From Patescibacteria group bacterium (lineage in GTDB: Bacteria > Patescibacteriota > Microgenomatia > UBA8517), in NCBI GenBank assembly GCA_038206135.1, contig JBBRBD010000001.1, positions 1,919 through 65,918 of the forward strand: a stretch of DNA of 64,000 bases. The letters are read 5' to 3'. The notes below the pieces were generated by a model, which did not search any database, had not been told where the DNA came from, and saw only the letters and a list, made by a program, of their open reading frames with translations. The translations under genes were made by a program, and so were the position numbers. This document shows, in pieces, positions 27,267 to 36,923 of this stretch. Position 1 is the stretch's first letter, and every line of letters starts with the position of its first letter.

Positions 27267-29014
27267 AAATGCGGTATACTTTAAATGTGAAAAAAAGCAC
27301 AGTAATTTTATTGCTAATCCTGATTTTCGCTTCGTACTTGAGGCTTAATAAATTAGATAAAGTTCCTGTTTCCATGTTTGGTGATGAACTCGATGCTGGA
27401 TATCAAGCTTATTCTATTCTTAAGACTGGAAAAGATTACTCTGGAAACTTTATGCCAATTCATATGCAGAGTTTAGCCGAGTGGAGAACTTCACTCTACT
27501 TGTATTCAATTGTTCCAACTGTGGCTGTCTTTGGTATTACACCACTTGGTGTAAGACTTCCAGCTGCGCTATTCGGAATTCTCGGGGTTTGGGCACTTTA
27601 TTTACTTGTGAAAGAGCTTGTCGATCGTATAAATAAAAAGGAACTTCGATATCTCCCGATCGTCGCCGCATTTGTTTTAACAATATCTCCATGGCACATT
27701 GAATATTCAAGAGCAGGTTTTGAAGTAACTGAAATGATTTTCTGTTTACTTATTGGACTTGTCATTTTTTTGAGAAGCTTACGACTTAAAGGGAAATATT
27801 TATGGCTATCAGGTGTGTTTTTTATGTTAATACCTTGGATTTATAGTACAGGTAAACTTTTTGTACCAATGTTTTTGCTTCTGCTTTTTGTACTTTTTAT
27901 AAAAGACATTGTTAAACTTCCACGTAAACAATTACTCTTTGTCGTTGTGTCTATGCTTATTGTTGGTATTCCAATTTTGTACAGTACTTTATTTGGTGGT
28001 GGAACCGCGAGATTTAATTATATTTCTATTTTTGGAGATCCAACACTTGAGCCTGAAATAGGTACCGCCCGTGGAGAAGATGCTCTTTCACGCGGTGAGG
28101 AAGGGACAGGTCTCACTCCGACAATTATTGATAAGGCATATCACAATAAAGTTACTTACTTAGGAAGTGAAGTTATTGCTCACATGGTGATGCCATTTTC
28201 GACTGACTTTTTGTTCTTAACTGGAGATCCAAATCCTCGACATTCCATAGATGGAATGGGAGAACTTTACATTGTTGAAATTGTTTTTCTTTTAGCAGGA
28301 CTCTCCTTTTTCATTTCTAAATCAGATGCTCGTTTAAAGTTATTGATTGGTGGATGGCTTATTCTTGGAGTAATTCCCTCTGCATTAACTCGAGATGGAG
28401 GTAATCATGCGACGCGACTAATACTTATTTTACCACCACTGAGTTTCCTTGTTTCAATGGGGATACTTCAAATTGTAAATAATACTAAAAAATTCTTGAA
28501 GCCATTGGCCGTTGCATTTATTGTTGGAGGATATTTACTTTCATTTACTTCATATCAACACCTTTATTGGATACATAATCCATTACAATCTGAACGGTGG
28601 TGGCATTTTGGATGGGAGCAAGCAATAGGAGACATGAAAGCGGTAGAAAGCCAGTATGATCAAGTATTTATTACGACTAGAGATGAGCCACCTTGGGTCT
28701 TCTTTGCCGCTTGGTCTCAGTATGATCCAAATCTGTGGCACTCAGGATATCCATTTAAAGAACACACGGTAGAAGGGTTTGGAAAAATGAGCTACATTGG
28801 TAAATATTCGTTTGGAAGTCCTGAAAAACTCGCAATGTATGATTGGGGAAAAATTCTTACCCCAAAGATGCTTTTTGTAGCAAGCGCAAAAGAAGTGAAT
28901 GTGAATTTGATCAAGGAACCAAATAGAACACCACCAGATTTAAAGCTAATTAATTCAGTTGCATATCCATCCGGAGAACCCGCTTTTTACTTATTTACTA
29001 AAATAGACAAATGA
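27263..29014 (+). CDS. GT-C membrane glycosyltransferase, PMT/ArnT-like (tandem paralog 1 of 5)
   Basis: MFGDELDAGYQAYSILKTGKDYSGN first-loop motif, multi-TM, C-terminal soluble domain. ATG 27263 overlaps the upstream stop (ATGA). Confidence 0.8.
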   Translation: MKMRYTLNVKKSTVILLLILIFASYLRLNKLDKVPVSMFGDELDAGYQAYSILKTGKDYSGNFMPIHMQSLAEWRTSLYLYSIVPTVAVFGITPLGVRLPAALFGILGVWALYLLVKELVDRINKKELRYLPIVAAFVLTISPWHIEYSRAGFEVTEMIFCLLIGLVIFLRSLRLKGKYLWLSGVFFMLIPWIYSTGKLFVPMFLLLLFVLFIKDIVKLPRKQLLFVVVSMLIVGIPILYSTLFGGGTARFNYISIFGDPTLEPEIGTARGEDALSRGEEGTGLTPTIIDKAYHNKVTYLGSEVIAHMVMPFSTDFLFLTGDPNPRHSIDGMGELYIVEIVFLLAGLSFFISKSDARLKLLIGGWLILGVIPSALTRDGGNHATRLILILPPLSFLVSMGILQIVNNTKKFLKPLAVAFIVGGYLLSFTSYQHLYWIHNPLQSERWWHFGWEQAIGDMKAVESQYDQVFITTRDEPPWVFFAAWSQYDPNLWHSGYPFKEHTVEGFGKMSYIGKYSFGSPEKLAMYDWGKILTPKMLFVASAKEVNVNLIKEPNRTPPDLKLINSVAYPSGEPAFYLFTKIDK

Positions 29015-30270
29015 ACTGGAAATTGGTGAGTATTCTTTTTTTTGGGTTGCTTTTTAGAATATTTCTCATTCCAGTTGCCAGACATGGAGATATAAACAAC
29101 AACACCTCATGGGGCCAACTTCTTCTTACTCGCGGGCCAAATGGCTTTTATGAGCAAGAAAATTGGACATATTCTGCACCAAATCAACCACCACTTTACC
29201 TCGTTTTATTTGGATCAACAGCGTTTTTTCAAAACACGATTAATACTAGTATCCATTGGGCAAATGATCACATTTCAGTATTTCCTTCGAAAACAATTTG
29301 GTGGTTTGATAGTTGGGGGGAGTTGTATATTGCAAAGCTTCCAGGTATTTTTGCAGATCTCGGAATAGCATTTGTTATTTACAAACTTATAAAAGCGAAG
29401 AAAGGATTGATACTCGCAACCGTATGGCTTCTAAATCCAGTTTCTTGGTATAACTCTGCCATTTGGGGAGGAACAGACAGTATTGTTAATTTAATTGGAT
29501 TGGTTTCATTGAGTTTCTTATATAAAAAGAAATTAGAGTCGTCGGCAGTTTTTTTCACTTTGAGTGTTCTGTTCAAGGGCTCACTTCTAATCTTTGCGCC
29601 GTTTTGGCTTTTAGTGGCATTCAGGCAAAAATTTACTATGCGAGAATGGAAAAACACGATACTAATGTGTCTTTTAGTTTTTCTTCTGTTTTCACTTCCT
29701 TTTCACTTTTCGTTAAATATGCCTATTTGGTTCTTTAACCTCTATACTCAACGTTTTCTTCCAGGTGAAATTGGTACTGTTACCGCAAATGCATTCAATT
29801 TTTGGTGGATGGCGAGTCCCTCAAATGTACTGGATAACGTGACAACCTTTGGAATAAGTATGCGAATTATTGGACTCGCGATAACAATAGTTCTTGCAAT
29901 ACCGCTTATTAAACGGATATTAAAATCACCCGTTAAAATTAATCAATTTATTATCTTCGCAGTGCTGTCATTTGTATCATTCTTTTTTATGACCCGTATT
30001 CATGAACGATATTTGTATCCTTTTTTTCCGCTCGCAACAGTGTCACTAGCTTTCTTCCCGTGGCTTTGGGTACCATATGTACTGTTGTCTCTCTCTCATC
30101 TTCTAAATCTTTACAATCTATTCTGGGCACCGGGGATACCATCACTTGAGTCGATTTACACAAATCCGTCACTTCCCCAAGCACTTTCAATTCTTAATGG
30201 TGTAATTCTTTTAGTTGTTTTTGTGTTTTTACTTGTTTCTAAAAAAAATACCGCATCACATGGTAAATAG
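29011..30270 (+). CDS. polytopic membrane protein, Gpi18/PIG-V-like mannosyltransferase-like (GT-C superfamily candidate)
   Basis: At least 10 TM. N-terminal loop VARHGDINNNTSWGQ. Later TRIHERYLYPFFPL. ATGA overlap with the upstream gene. Family assignment is tentative. Confidence 0.5.
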   Translation: MNWKLVSILFFGLLFRIFLIPVARHGDINNNTSWGQLLLTRGPNGFYEQENWTYSAPNQPPLYLVLFGSTAFFQNTINTSIHWANDHISVFPSKTIWWFDSWGELYIAKLPGIFADLGIAFVIYKLIKAKKGLILATVWLLNPVSWYNSAIWGGTDSIVNLIGLVSLSFLYKKKLESSAVFFTLSVLFKGSLLIFAPFWLLVAFRQKFTMREWKNTILMCLLVFLLFSLPFHFSLNMPIWFFNLYTQRFLPGEIGTVTANAFNFWWMASPSNVLDNVTTFGISMRIIGLAITIVLAIPLIKRILKSPVKINQFIIFAVLSFVSFFFMTRIHERYLYPFFPLATVSLAFFPWLWVPYVLLSLSHLLNLYNLFWAPGIPSLESIYTNPSLPQALSILNGVILLVVFVFLLVSKKNTASHGK

Positions 30271-30292
30271 AGGAGTTGCCACGTATACTTAA

Positions 30293-31930
30293 GTGAATAT
30301 GCAGCGGATGATTGTACTGGGAATTGTGCTTCTCGCGTTTGTTGTGAGATTGGTTGGGCTATCGAACCATCCAGGAGGTTTCACCCCTGATGAAGCTTCT
30401 TTTGGGTATGATGCCTATTCGATTTTAAAGACTGGTAAAGACCAATGGGGAAATACATTTCCTCTCACCTTCAAATCATTTGGCGACTATAAATTACCGG
30501 TTTATACGTATATTGCGATACCTTCAGTAGCATTATTTGGTTTAAATGAAGCAGCTGTTCGATTGCCAAATGCTATTCTTGGGTCTTTGGCAGTTTTAGC
30601 AACATATTTACTGGCATTTGAATTCTGTCATGAAGACAAAAGCAAACAAAAAATTGTCCCACTATTTGCGGCGCTTTTCCTGGCACTTTCTTATTGGCAT
30701 ATTACATTGTCTAGAGGTGCATTTGAAGCAAACCTTACGACTTTTTTCATGACGGCTGGTGTTTGGCTGTTCTTAAAAGCTAGAAAAAAAAAGTGGTTAA
30801 TATTTCTTTCTATGTTTTTATTTGGTTTTAACCTCTTTACTTACCACGCTTCACGGTTAGTTACTCCAGTAGTTGTTGTTACATTAATGTGGATATATAG
30901 GGATGCTTTTCCAAAAGGAAAAGCACATCTGCTTGCTAAGTTCATATTTGTGGGTTTCTTTGTAGCAAGTGCCTTGAGTCTTGTCTCTGGCTCTGGAATA
31001 CGAGCTGCTACCGCCACCATTTTTTCACAAAACTTAGGATCAGGAGTTATCAGAGCGTCAGTCGTAAATGCTGGTATGCCTTTAGTTCTTGGAAAGGCAC
31101 TGTATAACGAACCGTCATTTAAGTTTAGTAAAATTGTTTCAAACTATATTTCATATTTTTCACCCCAGTTCCTAATTACAGAAGGAGCTCGTGAGGCAAG
31201 TTATGGAATGATCCCTGGTGTTGGTTTAATAACAGTTGTTGAATTTACTGGTTTGTTGTTTTTTGTTTGGATTCTCACAAAACAAAAGTCAAAATATTTA
31301 TTGTTGTTAAGTATTTGGATTCTTGTCGCCCCGTTTCCAGCAGCTGTTTCTGTGGGTCCAGGTGGCGCTGCAAATAGAGCAGCAATACTGATGCCAGCGC
31401 TTGAGATTGCTGCTAGTTTTGGTGTTTATTATGCAGTAAATTTGCTAAAGAAAAAGTGGCAGTTTATGAGTTATTCCTTTTTAATATTATTAACATGTAT
31501 TCTTGGGCTTTTTGCTTACACCAAATATATATATGAACAACCAGTCTATGCAAGCAATGGAATGATGTATGGAATGTCTTCGTTATTTGAGTATTTAAAT
31601 GAATATCCTACAAAGAAAATTATCATAAGTCGTGCACTTTCAGAACCTCACATGTATGCTGCATTTTATGATCAAATTGACCCATCGCTATATCAACAAG
31701 CAACCATTAATTGGAATTTTCAAAAAAAAGGACTAAATTGGGTTGACCAGCAAGAAGGGTATTCTGTCGGAAGATATACTATTGGTTCGATAGACAAAAT
31801 TCGCGATTTTCAGTTTGATAATACATATGTAGTAGGAAGCCCTGAAGATATGCCTCTAAAAGTGCACATAGTTAAAACTATATATTCTGCAGATCAGAAA
31901 CCACTTTGGGTTGTTGCAGAAAAGCCATGA
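30293..31930 (+). CDS. GT-C membrane glycosyltransferase, PMT/ArnT-like (tandem paralog 2 of 5)
   Basis: FTPDEASFGYDAYSILKTGKDQWGN, WHITLSRGAFEANL, multi-TM. Confidence 0.8.
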   Translation: MNMQRMIVLGIVLLAFVVRLVGLSNHPGGFTPDEASFGYDAYSILKTGKDQWGNTFPLTFKSFGDYKLPVYTYIAIPSVALFGLNEAAVRLPNAILGSLAVLATYLLAFEFCHEDKSKQKIVPLFAALFLALSYWHITLSRGAFEANLTTFFMTAGVWLFLKARKKKWLIFLSMFLFGFNLFTYHASRLVTPVVVVTLMWIYRDAFPKGKAHLLAKFIFVGFFVASALSLVSGSGIRAATATIFSQNLGSGVIRASVVNAGMPLVLGKALYNEPSFKFSKIVSNYISYFSPQFLITEGAREASYGMIPGVGLITVVEFTGLLFFVWILTKQKSKYLLLLSIWILVAPFPAAVSVGPGGAANRAAILMPALEIAASFGVYYAVNLLKKKWQFMSYSFLILLTCILGLFAYTKYIYEQPVYASNGMMYGMSSLFEYLNEYPTKKIIISRALSEPHMYAAFYDQIDPSLYQQATINWNFQKKGLNWVDQQEGYSVGRYTIGSIDKIRDFQFDNTYVVGSPEDMPLKVHIVKTIYSADQKPLWVVAEKP

Positions 31931-33597
31931 AAAATATCTTACGAAAGAGACCAATAACACTTTCCGCAGTTTCATTTGCTTTGTTTTTTATACTATTAAT
32001 ACCAACATTTAGTAGAATGCTGCGACCGGGGATATACAGCATGCAGGATTTTCCTTACTTTAGACTTGTTGAATATACTCAGTGTCTAAAAGACGGCCAA
32101 ATTCCGTGTCGTTGGGCAGCAGATGCTGGATTGGGTTTTGGAGAACCAGTCTTTAACTTCTATTCTCATGTCCCATTCTTTTTTGGTGCACTGTTAGTTC
32201 AAATTGGTATTAGTGCTATATCTTCTTTGAAATTATTGTTTGCATTCTCTATTGTTGCCTCTGGATTTACTATGTATTTACTTTCAAAAGAATTGTGGAA
32301 AAGTAAATATTCTGCGTTTGTTTCAGGAATACTTTATGTCTATGCTCCGTATCGCGCCGTGAATGTTTGGGTGAGAGGTGCGTTGCCCGAATCATTTGCA
32401 TTTATCTTTTTACCACTTATTTTGTTTTTTTTCGAAAAGTATCTTATAAATAAAAATAAAAAGTATTTGTTAGGTTTTATTAGTTCATTTACGGCTCTCA
32501 TCCTCACTCACAATCTATCTGTTCTATTATTTTTCCCTATTATTTTATTTTATATTTTCACACGACTTATCCAAATGAGATCGTTGCCATTATTGGTATC
32601 ATTTTTCCTTGGGTTTTTATGTTCTGTTCTACTTGCTTCATTTTATATATTCCCAACTGTTTTTGAATCAAGTCTAGTAAATCTACAAACAACTACCCAA
32701 GGATATTTTGATTTTAGAGCACATTTCGTAACGATTCCTCAATTGCTTTTTTCTCGTTTCTGGGGGTATGGCGGTTCGACATGGGGTGATCAAGATGGGT
32801 TAAGTCTAGCTCTCGGTCAAGTTCAGTGGATTGTCGCTCTATTTCTAATAATCGGATTATTACTCAAATCTTTAAGGAAGAAGCTGACGTATATAGATAT
32901 TTTAGCAGCATTATTAATTTTCCTAAGTATGTTGTTTTTATTCTTTACTCACAATAAATCTGCATTTATATGGGAAGAGTTCTCTACAGTTATGAAATAT
33001 ATTCAATTTCCGTGGAGATTTTTGGGAGTAACTTTATTTACAATTTCACTTGCTGGAGGGTATTTGCCGCTTTTATTTTCAAAGTTCAGAGTAATAATCT
33101 CTGTTTTAATTGTTTTTACAGCAATATTTTTTAACTACTCGTATTATCACGAAGATATCTGGAATGTGACTTCTGATAACGAAATGCAATCAGGTAAAAA
33201 TTGGGTAGAACAATCAAGAGCATCAATAGGTGATTATTGGCCAAAATATGGAGTAATTCCTCATGATTTCCAATCACAGTCGTTTCCAAACTTACAACCA
33301 CTTGTCAAAAAAAGTAATTCACAAGTATTTACAGTTAATGTCTTAAATCAAAGTCCTGTTGTTTTTCCCGTAACATATTTCCCAGGGTGGAGTGGTTCAA
33401 GTAGTCTTGGAAATATTTCAATTTTACCAAACAAAGATGGGTTAATATCAACATTACTTCCTATTGGTAAACAAACCATTAATTTGAGTTTCAACAATTC
33501 GCCAGTCCGTACATATTCAAACATGGTTTCATTTATAACATTTACTGCGCTTTGTCTTTGGTTTACATTTTCAAATAAAATAAAGAAATTCAAATGA
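31927..33597 (+). CDS. polytopic membrane protein, YfhO-like GT-C candidate (paralog of the 15030 product)
   Basis: MQDFPYFRLVEYTQCLKDGQIPCRWAADAGLGFGEPVFNFY and FRAHFVTIPQLLFSRFWGYGGSTWG align with the 15030 protein. ATG 31927 overlaps the upstream stop. Confidence 0.55.
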   Translation: MKNILRKRPITLSAVSFALFFILLIPTFSRMLRPGIYSMQDFPYFRLVEYTQCLKDGQIPCRWAADAGLGFGEPVFNFYSHVPFFFGALLVQIGISAISSLKLLFAFSIVASGFTMYLLSKELWKSKYSAFVSGILYVYAPYRAVNVWVRGALPESFAFIFLPLILFFFEKYLINKNKKYLLGFISSFTALILTHNLSVLLFFPIILFYIFTRLIQMRSLPLLVSFFLGFLCSVLLASFYIFPTVFESSLVNLQTTTQGYFDFRAHFVTIPQLLFSRFWGYGGSTWGDQDGLSLALGQVQWIVALFLIIGLLLKSLRKKLTYIDILAALLIFLSMLFLFFTHNKSAFIWEEFSTVMKYIQFPWRFLGVTLFTISLAGGYLPLLFSKFRVIISVLIVFTAIFFNYSYYHEDIWNVTSDNEMQSGKNWVEQSRASIGDYWPKYGVIPHDFQSQSFPNLQPLVKKSNSQVFTVNVLNQSPVVFPVTYFPGWSGSSSLGNISILPNKDGLISTLLPIGKQTINLSFNNSPVRTYSNMVSFITFTALCLWFTFSNKIKKFK

Positions 33598-35261
33598 TAA
33601 AAAAATATTCATTATTAATTTTAGTAATTATAATTTTACTTGGTGCTTTACTCCGATTAGTAAATTTAAGCACAATGCCGCCTTCACTAAACTGGGACGA
33701 AATTTCTCATGGGTATAACGCATACTCAATTTTGAGAACTGGTATGGATGAATGGGGTGTACATTTTCCAGTAGCGAACTTCAGGGCGTATGGTGACTAC
33801 CCACTAACCTTAAATTTATATTTAACAGTACCCTTCGTTTGGGCTTTCGGCTTGACTGCTTTTGCGATTCGTTTTCCACATGCGCTTTTAGGAATAGGTA
33901 CTATCATTGTTAGTTACTTACTTTCATATGGAGTAACCAAGAAGAAAGGTGTCAGTTTGGTCGTAGCTTTTTTGGTTTCAGTAGATCCTTGGTATGTTTT
34001 TACCTCTCGGTTTGTCTTGCAGAGCAATTTATCAGTATTTCTACTTACCGCAGGTATGGCTGCATTTGTTCATCGTAAATCGAACAAATATTTGTTGCCA
34101 ATTAGCACATTTTTATTAGGTCTTACACTTTTTTCTTATCATACGACAAGAATATTTACCCCGCTTCTTTTAGTCTCAATCGCGATAATATTTAGAAAAG
34201 AATTTTTCACTAAACTAAATATTTTTATTGCCGTTTTATTTCTTTTACCTCTGCCTTTTATTTTATTAAATCCCAATGCCAGAGCTCGTTCTGCTGAAGT
34301 ATTTCTAATAAATGATGGTTCAGTTGCAGCAATTGAGTATACTAGAAACAACTCATCCCTTCCTGCACTATTCTCAAAGATAATCTACAACAGACCTGCT
34401 TATCTAATTGAACAATCGTTACTACATTATGTTGATTATTTTTCTCCCCAATTTCTTTTTTTAAGGGGAGGAACTCAGTATCAGTTTAGCGTTCCAGATC
34501 AAGGGCTTCTGTATTTGTTCAGCGCGCCATTTTTTTATATTGGATTTATATTGTTAATATACAGAGCAACACGAAAAAAAGACAAACTTTCTCAAATTCT
34601 GCTCATATGGATTCTCTTAGCACCAATTCCTGCAAGTATTACGACAGAACGGTTTGCAGTTCTACGTTCATCTAGTATGTTACCAATACCTGAAGTTCTA
34701 ACTTCGATGGGGTTATATGAAATTGTCGAATTACTACGTAGTAGAAAACTTAAATTATTTTCGTTTCTTGTACCTTCATTTATATTGTTAACATTATTAG
34801 GACTTATACATTACATTTCTATATATACAGAAAGTTATAAGACAAATTATTCATGGGCTTGGCAGTATGGTTACTCACAGGTAGTGCAGTTTTCTCAGAG
34901 TCACTATAATGAATTCGATCAGTTTATTATTACGAAAAAGTTTGGAGAGCCACACGAGTATGTTTTGTTTTATACTGCTTGGAGCCCTAATAAGTATATG
35001 AATGACACTAACTTAGTTCGTTATACGCAATCAAATTGGTGGTGGGTCGATTCTTTTGATAAATATGTGTTTGTAAACGATTGGCAAATTCCAAAGATTG
35101 GGGAGAAGTTTGTTACTGAGCGTAAAGCAATTACTGACTGTGCTACTTTAAAATGTGCACTTATAACATCTGAAGGAAATGCACCTGAAGGTTGGAAAAA
35201 AATTCAAACTATACTATTTTTAGATGGAAAAACGGCATTTGAGATATATGAAAATAAATAA
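33594..35261 (+). CDS. GT-C membrane glycosyltransferase, PMT/ArnT-like (tandem paralog 3 of 5)
   Basis: LNWDEISHGYNAYSILRTGMDEWG, multi-TM. ATGA overlap with the upstream gene. Confidence 0.8.
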   Translation: MIKKYSLLILVIIILLGALLRLVNLSTMPPSLNWDEISHGYNAYSILRTGMDEWGVHFPVANFRAYGDYPLTLNLYLTVPFVWAFGLTAFAIRFPHALLGIGTIIVSYLLSYGVTKKKGVSLVVAFLVSVDPWYVFTSRFVLQSNLSVFLLTAGMAAFVHRKSNKYLLPISTFLLGLTLFSYHTTRIFTPLLLVSIAIIFRKEFFTKLNIFIAVLFLLPLPFILLNPNARARSAEVFLINDGSVAAIEYTRNNSSLPALFSKIIYNRPAYLIEQSLLHYVDYFSPQFLFLRGGTQYQFSVPDQGLLYLFSAPFFYIGFILLIYRATRKKDKLSQILLIWILLAPIPASITTERFAVLRSSSMLPIPEVLTSMGLYEIVELLRSRKLKLFSFLVPSFILLTLLGLIHYISIYTESYKTNYSWAWQYGYSQVVQFSQSHYNEFDQFIITKKFGEPHEYVLFYTAWSPNKYMNDTNLVRYTQSNWWWVDSFDKYVFVNDWQIPKIGEKFVTERKAITDCATLKCALITSEGNAPEGWKKIQTILFLDGKTAFEIYENK

Positions 35262-36921
35262 GATAACCTTACATTCATTGATATTGATTTTCATAATTAC
35301 CATTGCGGCTGCTATTAGGCTCTATAACTTATCGAATGTCCCTCCCCATTTAACTGCAGACGAGGCTGCTCTCGGCTATAATGCATATTCTATTTTGAAA
35401 ACTGGACGAGACGAACATGGAGTACTTCTTCCGATAATTTTCAAATCCTTCGGAGATTATAAGCCTGGTTTATATGTATATCTTACAGTCCCTTTTGTTG
35501 CAATTTTTGGATTAAATGAATTTTCGTCTCGAATTGCAGGTGCACTTTTTGGAATATTAGCGGTATATATATTATATAAAGTTGTTGGACTTTTGTTTGC
35601 AGAAGAAAAACAGAAGCATTTATCACTCATTTCAGCTTTTCTTTTAGCTCTTTGTCCTTGGCATATATTGTTTAGTAGAGGGGCCTGGGAAGTTGATGTT
35701 GCGCTCACCTTTACACTAATCGGTATATATTTCTTTTTAAAATCTTTTAAATCATCAAAAAATCTTCTTTTCTCTGCATTCTTTTTCGCGTTAACATTAG
35801 CAACATATCAAGGAGCAAAACTTTCTACAGCTATTGTTGTAGTAATACTTTTAATTTCATTTAGAAAGCAGTTTTTCAATCTTCCTAAGAAGTCTATTTT
35901 TACGGCAGGTATAGTCGGTCTTCTCATGTCACTACCAATAGTTCTTTCGTTGTTTAATGGCCAAGCGGGGAGACTCCAAGTTTTTAGTGTGTTTTCAGCA
36001 CCCAGACCTGAAGCGTATCTACAGAACTTTTTAAGCGAAGGTAGCGAACAGGTAGGAACGATAGGATATTATGCATTTCACCCCGAAGGTCTTAATTTTT
36101 TAAGAGGAATAATGGGGAGGTGGTTTAATCATTTTTCTGGCCGCTTTTTATTTTTTGAAGGGGATTGGCAAAATCCCCGTCATTCTGCTCCATATGTCGG
36201 AATGCTAAATTTTCTTGATTTACCACTTTTGTTAGTTGGTATTGTCGTACTCATAAAAACAAAAAATAGAGAGGCATCAACATTTATTTTTCTTTGGTTA
36301 TTATTTGCAAGTTTACCAGCAATTCTCTCTAGAGATCAGGTTCATGCAGTTCGAAGTTTAAATATGCTGGTGCCCCTCGTCCTAATAGAAGCACTTGGAT
36401 TTTCTTCAATTGTGACAAAAATTTCGGTTAAACGAAGCGTACTTTTTATCGGCGGTGCAATTTATCTTATCTTTTTCGTGTATTACCTTGACGCTTACTT
36501 TGTTCACTTGCCCAAGTTAAACTCACAATATTGGGAGTATGGGTTTAAACAGGCAGTTCAGACTATCTCTCCTATTCAAAATCAATACAAAACTATTATA
36601 TTCCAACAAAGTTACTCACAACCTTATATTTATTTCTTGTTTTATGAGAAATATGATCCAAAGACATACCAATCGCAAAGCGCTAACCACTTTATTGCCA
36701 GTAAATATGGAGATGTAGGCCAGGTAAGTAATCTAGACAACATACAGTTTAAAGGTATTGATTGGCAGGTATTGCGTGGCCAAACAGGTACACTTGTAGT
36801 AGGTGACAGCGAACGTATACCAGTTGGGGATTCTCAAGAAGGTACAGCATTTCATGTAATCAAAGAAATTCCGTATTTAAACGGAAAATCTATTTCGCTT
36901 CGAATTATTGATATCAAATAA
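35248..36921 (+). CDS. GT-C membrane glycosyltransferase, PMT/ArnT-like (tandem paralog 4 of 5)
   Basis: LTADEAALGYNAYSILKTGRDEHG, WHILFSRGAWEVDV, multi-TM. Start could be 35224 or 35248. Confidence 0.8.
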   Translation: MKINKITLHSLILIFIITIAAAIRLYNLSNVPPHLTADEAALGYNAYSILKTGRDEHGVLLPIIFKSFGDYKPGLYVYLTVPFVAIFGLNEFSSRIAGALFGILAVYILYKVVGLLFAEEKQKHLSLISAFLLALCPWHILFSRGAWEVDVALTFTLIGIYFFLKSFKSSKNLLFSAFFFALTLATYQGAKLSTAIVVVILLISFRKQFFNLPKKSIFTAGIVGLLMSLPIVLSLFNGQAGRLQVFSVFSAPRPEAYLQNFLSEGSEQVGTIGYYAFHPEGLNFLRGIMGRWFNHFSGRFLFFEGDWQNPRHSAPYVGMLNFLDLPLLLVGIVVLIKTKNREASTFIFLWLLFASLPAILSRDQVHAVRSLNMLVPLVLIEALGFSSIVTKISVKRSVLFIGGAIYLIFFVYYLDAYFVHLPKLNSQYWEYGFKQAVQTISPIQNQYKTIIFQQSYSQPYIYFLFYEKYDPKTYQSQSANHFIASKYGDVGQVSNLDNIQFKGIDWQVLRGQTGTLVVGDSERIPVGDSQEGTAFHVIKEIPYLNGKSISLRIIDIK

Positions 36922-36923
36922 CT

